Assembly (NCBI RefSeq): GCF_032191835.1
Contig: NC_083228.1
Location: 22,692,001 to 22,756,000, forward strand
Direction: 5' to 3'
Source: Heteronotia binoei
Lineage: Eukaryota
Length of the DNA stretch: 64,000 bases
Positions within the stretch are counted from its first letter, which is position 1. Every line of letters begins with the position of its first letter. Below, one piece after another: positions 58,280-64,000 of this stretch. The notes beneath the pieces are model-generated. The model worked only from the letters and a program-made list of their open reading frames with translations, made no database searches and was not told the DNA's origin. The position numbers and the translations under genes are program-made.

Positions 58280-58452
58280 TAGGGATGCCAGCCTTCAGGT
58301 GGGATCTGGGGATCCCCCAGGAGATCCGTTCCCCTGAAGAAAATGGATGCTTTAGAGGATGGACTTGATGGCATTGTACTCCACTGAGGTCCCTGTCCTC
58401 CTTAGGCTCCATCCCCAAATCTCCAGGAGTTTCTCAGCTTGGAACTGGCAAC
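58280..58452 (+). mobile_element. hAT-type MITE, TAGGGTTGCCA family
   Basis: tagggatgcca...ctggcaac. Confidence 0.6.
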
Positions 58453-60214
58453 TGATAATTGGCTGGTATAAGTGAACTCCATCAACAGATGCTTAGGGGT
58501 GCTTGCCAAGTTCTTCTGCCTACTGCATTTTGTAAAAATTGATGTATTCCAATTAACATCCTTGAGTCTGATCCTCTGTAACAAGGATCTACAGGCCAAG
58601 TACAACCCATAATTTTTTTTTCTAGAATCGAGTATATGGCCTAGCTTTTACTTTTATTCGGTGGTATGTTTTTTCACAGTATTTTGCCCATGTTGAGTGC
58701 AATGGGGCCTAAGTGTCTTGATGGTTTTGTATGTAGCATGAAATGGGCCGAAATTGCCACCAGCAGAGTACAGAGCTATGTGCTCTGTGGAACAGGCAGC
58801 TGTTTTCCATTTTCTTCCCGGTGGCAACTGCATTTGGTGTCAGCTTCCACAGTCCAAATGCTCTTCCTTGTTGGCTTCAGTGGCAATTGGTTTTAACCCA
58901 TGCAGTGGCCACAAAAAGGCAGGTAGGGAAAGGAGGGTTGTTTGTTTGCCAAGGGAAAGTGTTCCTGCAAGAATGATGCCTTTCCTTACTTAGAGTAAGC
59001 AGCAGAAGATATGAAGTCTGAGCCAAGGAGCTGTGAATAAAAACCTAAGGCTTAAAATTTCAAAGCCACGTACATAGTAGTGATGTTAATCTGATAGTTG
59101 ATTATCTCAATCAGACGCGTGTGAAATCCTACTGAGAAATTCCACGCAACTTCTTCAGGTATCCTTAAAATGACTTTAACTCGATTATCAAGAAAATGGA
59201 AACATCCTTAAACAATGGAAACAGAAAGACTGCCTGCTGTTGAGCTACAGAACGAGATATAACAATATATTTGGCCTTCAAGAACAAATGAAACCAAATC
59301 TTGGCACTTAAAGCAATTTTTAATGCTAATGTTGGGTTACTAAATGTCCTCTTTTTAGAGCAGTGGTCCCCAACCTTTTTGGCACCAGGGACTGGTTTTG
59401 CCGCCACTGCCATGGCCTGCCCTATAATTGCCAAGTCCAATTCAAGAAATACCTGGGGACTTCAGGGGTGGAGCCAGGAGCAAGGGTGTGACAAGCCTAA
59501 TTGAACTCCAAAGGGAGTTCTGGCCATCACACATAAAAGGGACTGCACACCTTTTAAATGCCTCCCTTACATAGGAAATAATGAAGGATAGGGGCACCTT
59601 CTTTTTGGGGCTCATAGAATTGGACCCCCTGGTCCAATCTTTTTGAACCCATGGGGGAATTCTGGGGAGCGGCACTGAATGCTATGCTAAAAATTTGGTG
59701 CCTTTACCTCAAAAAACGGCCCCTCCAGAGCCCCAGATACTTGCAGATGAATTATCCATTATTTCCTGTGGGAATAAGTCTTCATAGGGAATAACAGAGT
59801 TCCCAGCAGACATTTCCATCCCCTTCCCTCGCTTTCTGATGATCCTGAAGCGGGGAGAGGGCCTCCAATCTGGGGGATCCCCTGCCCCCACCTGGAGATT
59901 AGCAAACACAAAAAAGCCACATGAAAGGAAGAAAGGAGAGAACACCATCAGGCTCCATGTAAAGTCAGCTTAACAGCACCTCTTAAAAATAATTCTGATG
60001 TCTTCAGTAATGTCTGGTCAAACACTTTTATGATGCAAATTCAGTTTATTCTACTACAAAGCAATAAGCCCTAGGAACGTGTGGATTGATACAAATTAAT
60101 GTGCAATACAGCCAAGTACGGCTCTTCCACTAGGCTAGCCACTTGCCTAGAGCGCCGGCCCTGGAGGTGCGCCAAATTGGGCACCCCCACCTTTTTGTTT
60201 TTAAAAAATCCTCC

Positions 60215-60895
60215 CCGCCCCGATCACTGCGATCTTCCCCTGCTGCCTTGCCACTCTTCTCCCCGACTCCTTTCCTGCCCTCCCAGGCCCGATCGCCGGC
60301 TCTTCTGCCTCCTTTCCCACCCTCCCAGCCCCAATAGCCACTCTTCTCCCCACTTCCTTTCCCACCCTCCCAGCCCCAATCACCAGCTCTTCTTCCCGCT
60401 ACTCTCGCAGCCCCGATAGTCTTGCTGGCTCTTCTCCCTGCCTCCTTCCTCCCAGCCCCAATCGCCACTCTTCTCCCTGCCTCCTTTCACGCCCTCCCAG
60501 CCCCAATCGCCGGCTCTTCTCCCCGCTTCCCTCACAGCCCTGATCGCCTGGCTGGCTCTTCTCCCCGCCTCCTTCCTCCCCGCCCCGATCTTGGGCTCTT
60601 TGCCTCCTCCTTCCTCCCAGCCCTGATCGCCGGCTCTTCTCCCTGCTCTTCCTCCCAGCCCCAATTGCTGCCATTCCCCCCCCTTCCTCTCAGCCCCGAT
60701 AGCCGCTGTTTCCCCTCCCTCTCAGCCCCGATCGCCGGCTCTTCTCCCTGCCTCCCAGTCCATGCCCTCCCTCCCAGCCCCAATCGCTGCCATTTCCTCC
60801 CTCCTTCCTCCCAGTCCCAATCGCAGGCTCCTTTCCCTGCCTCTTTCCCCTCCCTCCCAGCCCCGATCACCAGCTCTTCTTCCTGCCTTCTCTCC
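60215..60895. repeat. GC-rich ~40-bp minisatellite, about 16 units, inside a nested hAT MITE
   Basis: Consensus approximately CCCAGCCCCGATCGCCGGCTCTTCTCCCTGCCTCCTTCCT. Confidence 0.9.
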
Positions 60896-61458
60896 CAGGG
60901 AAAGTGGGGGGCAGGGGGGTGACAGGTGGCAAGGCTCCCTGGGGCGCTGCGGGCCTTTGGGCTGGTCCTGTAAACATCCACAACAAACGTTCTTCTTCAT
61001 CAGCTGTATACACATACAGTATTAACAGCAGATTAATCAATAGTGCGACAGGTTTAATTGATTTAATTTCCCTGTTTTGCTTCAATGCTTTGTCTCAGCC
61101 AAAGCTTATTTCATATTCCAGAAGAAAGGAGTAAGGTGTGTGGGGAGGTGAGTCTTATAAAGAAAAAATGGCTGTGGGAAATGTTTTTGCAAACTATATT
61201 GATGATCTGTTAAAACAAATTATTTAGGTTTCACTGGAGGGTTATGTATTCTTCCAAAAAAAATATAGCATGCAGCACCTTTGGCATGTATTTCTTTTGG
61301 ATGGCATTAGGTGCATTGGTTTCTTCTAGTAGCTGACTGAATTTTCTAATGAAACTGGTCCCACTTTGAATTAAATTATTCTTGTCATTTATTTTGTTTT
61401 CTCTGAATATTCCAGTGCTCTGGCATTTTGATTTTCTGGCACAACAGGTTCTCTCAAT

Positions 61459-61579
61459 TTAGAATCAGTCCGGTTCTGGCAAAGCGGTAGAGCCGAGCCT
61501 CATCGCCCTCCCCTCCACGCAATCAGAGGGGCAATGAGGCTCGGCTCTACCACTTTGGCAGGAACTGGGCTGATTCTAA
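61459..61579. mobile_element. Small palindromic MITE (~45-bp arms)
   Basis: ttagaatcagtccggttctggcaaagcggtagagccgagcctcat / atgaggctcggctctaccactttggcaggaactgggctgattctaa. Confidence 0.75.
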
Positions 61580-62737
61580 GTTATTTGAAGAGCGCTGAAG
61601 GAGGCTTCTTCCCCCCGCACTTCCAGAAGTGTGGGAGGGGGCAAAACTCTTCCTCCTCCAGCGTGCTCTTCAAACAGCTGAATCACCCGGGGCACTGCTG
61701 AAGTGGGTAGGGCTGTCTCCAAGCCTCCTGGCTCCTCTGCTTGCAGAGGAGGGGGGAGGGGAGGCGGAACATGGCGCAGCGCTGGGGAGGGGTGGTAGTG
61801 GGCCGTGGTGCCTCATGCATGGGGGACAGAGCTGTGAAGGGCAAGTGGGGGGTGGTGGCGGGCAGGGATTGGCAGCCCAGTTGCTAACAGGCCACGGCCT
61901 GGTAGTGGGTCATGGCCCGGGGTTTGGGGACCCCTGTTTTAGAGCATATGCCCTCTTTTTTTTTTTTGCATCTTTCTCCTTTAGAGCTGTTTAAAAAAAC
62001 TACTAAAATGACCTCTTTTGGGGTTAGAAGGTTAGGAATATGCCTTGTTAGTAGCAGTTTGAACAGCTTAAATAGCAGGGGTATTTAAAATGAGATTTGA
62101 AGCAGTCAGGAAATACTTCCTCATCTTTGCTTTTCAAAATATGATAATCCTACACTAATGTGGCTGCATTGCTTCTTCCCTTGTGTCATTCTAACCTTTC
62201 ATGAACAGAGGTTGTTTTTTTTTAATCACCTCATGGGGTGGGCACAATTAAACTGGAAGCTGCCATAATAGTCAAAAACATATTTTTTTGAAGGAGCGTG
62301 TGGTAATAAAGCAATTATGTATTGCTTTAAAAATTGCCAAGAGTTCTGGGTGATGAGGGGATACATTGCTCCTTATTGTTGTGTGTTAAACCCGTATAAA
62401 TATAAGGAGAAACCTGCTGGGAAAACAAAATATGTCAGAACCTCACTGACTCCATGAAGACAAAGGCAAGGGGACATCTGGCAGGTTTTAAAGCAAATGG
62501 TGTCTGATGTCCCACACGCTTGCCTTTGAGGAAATGGGGTTCTGTGTGCCCTCTCTGTAGTGTCAGTTGACTGTGCATTGTTCTGCTTCGCTGGCAGGAT
62601 TTTGTTTTCATTTTGTCTCCCTAAAATGACCGAGGTTTTAAATATAGAATCAAGCTGTTTTTTTTGTCTTGTGAATGCATACCAAGCCCTAGGCTACCTA
62701 TGATTTCTATTAAAACCTTTCTCTCTCTCTCTCTCTC

Positions 62738-62918
62738 TGTGAAGTTGCAGCTGACTTATGGTAACCCTATGGGGTTTTCAAGGCAAGAGACATTCAGAGG
62801 TGGTTTGTCATTGCCTGCCTCTGTGTAATTACTCCTATCCAACGAACTAACCAGGGTCAGCCCTGCTTTGCTTCCGAGCTCTGATGAGATTGAACTAGCC
62901 TCGGCTATTCAGGTCAAA
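62738..62918 (-). mobile_element. 5S-derived SINE
   Basis: Reverse of tgacctgaatagccgaggctagttcaatctcatcagagctcggaagcaaagcaggg...ggcaatgacaaaccacc. Confidence 0.75.
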
Positions 62919-63009
62919 ATCCCTACAGAGATTTCGCCTAAGAAAGTCGATCCAGCTTTATTTATAATGTTAACACTTTGACATTTTGGTAGTAACTTTG
63001 CTCTTAACA

Positions 63010-63230
63010 TTATTTATTTCTACATTCCCTATTTTTCTCATCAGCGGGGTCTCAAAGAGACTTACACACAGAGGGGACCACCCAAAGAGGCTTATGCTCT
63101 CTTCCATTTTAACAGGTAGTTTAGGCTGAAAGAGGGGGACAAGCCCAAAGACATTCAGTGAACTTCAGCAGCAGAGTGGGGATTCAAACCTGAGTCTCCC
63201 AGATCCAAGTCCAACTATACCACGCTGGCA
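63010..63230 (-). mobile_element. Ther1/MIR-like SINE
   Basis: ggggattcaaacctgagtctcccagatcc head motif and TAAA tail. Confidence 0.5.
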
Positions 63231-64000
63231 GTTAACTTGGTCACATTTCATTGCGTAAATGCGCATATTACTGCCCCACCAAAAAACATCCTCGATATGT
63301 GAGGATTGTCTTTTTGTGAGATACTGTAAACAAGGCAAGAGAATTTTTGCTTTAATAAACAAAAGCTACCACTCACTGTTAGAAGGAAAGACTGTCTTCT
63401 CTGTTTTCTTTTTTCAGTCCCTAAAACTTAAACCAGAACCAAAAATAACCTCAAAAATAAGAAAGTGTGCTCTTAATTCTCAACTCTACCAATTAAAATT
63501 TGCCCTTGCCTATTAAAAGTAACTTCCTCTACCACCTATGACTTAGGGAATCTATTGCCTGTTTATTTTGAGGCAAATAGCACTACAAGCACCATTTTAA
63601 ATGATGCCACTTCCTGCTTCAGGAAATTGGCCAGTTTAAAGATGAATAAATTCTACTTGCTATCTCTGGAAACTTGCTCGATTTTATCTTGAGCCCCACT
63701 TTGCCAGATCTTGTTTGACCCCGCACCCTCCACTTTAGCAATTATGATTTAATGTAGGGCTACCAGGACCCATCAAGGGTGGGCAATATCCTGTCCCATG
63801 CTGCCGTCCTTTGCAGCCAAGCAGCTGACTGGCAGGAGGACTTACTTGTAGTGGGAGAGGCCTAGGCTGACAACACAGCAGCAGCATCACTTTCACAGGA
63901 AATCACACCATCATGTGACTGATGATGCGGGATGCTCTGATATTTGGTCAGAACTCTATGGTAAAAAAGGAGTCAACCACAGTTTTTTGCCCAAATACCA

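Larger units (their letters stand above)
59361..61936 (-). mobile_element. MER1/Charlie-like hAT element, 2576 bp, with nested MITEs and unexplained internal DNA
   Basis: TIRs CAGTGGTCCCCAACC / GTTTGGGGACCCCTG; perfect TSD TTTTAGAG at 59353-59360 and 61937-61944. Confidence 0.75.

Overview
Vertebrate genomic DNA, almost certainly a squamate and probably a gecko (inferred from Sauria SINE, Squam3-type SINEs, 5S-derived SINEs and lizard-type CR1/L2/L1/Penelope copies). It holds a divergent gene pair. RTKN2 (rhotekin-2) is on the minus strand: coding exons 1-3 at 16894-16956, 10186-10346 and 2654-2712, continuing off the left edge. ZNF365 is complete on the plus strand: coding exons at 38114-38844, 47572-47752, 56064-56101 and 56249-56498, giving 399 aa. 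Each gene has its own CpG island, about 17 kb apart. The rest is TE-rich. Most unusual items: (1) a 1.33-kb internally deleted DIRS element keeping all its cis ends (ITRs, ICR, TTCT core) and only the tyrosine recombinase, 34 bp from an RTKN2 exon; (2) a 2.58-kb MER1/Charlie-like hAT element with a perfect 8-bp TSD enclosing apparently non-transposase DNA; (3) three Penelope hammerhead-ribozyme remnants all mutated at the same invariant G; (4) a ~114-bp two-variant tandem array in RTKN2 intron 1; (5) a 49-bp head-to-tail mini-SINE with a 13-bp TSD; (6) an RTKN2 exon 2 that appears 12 codons shorter than in human. Gene and family names come from recalled sequences, not from a database search.
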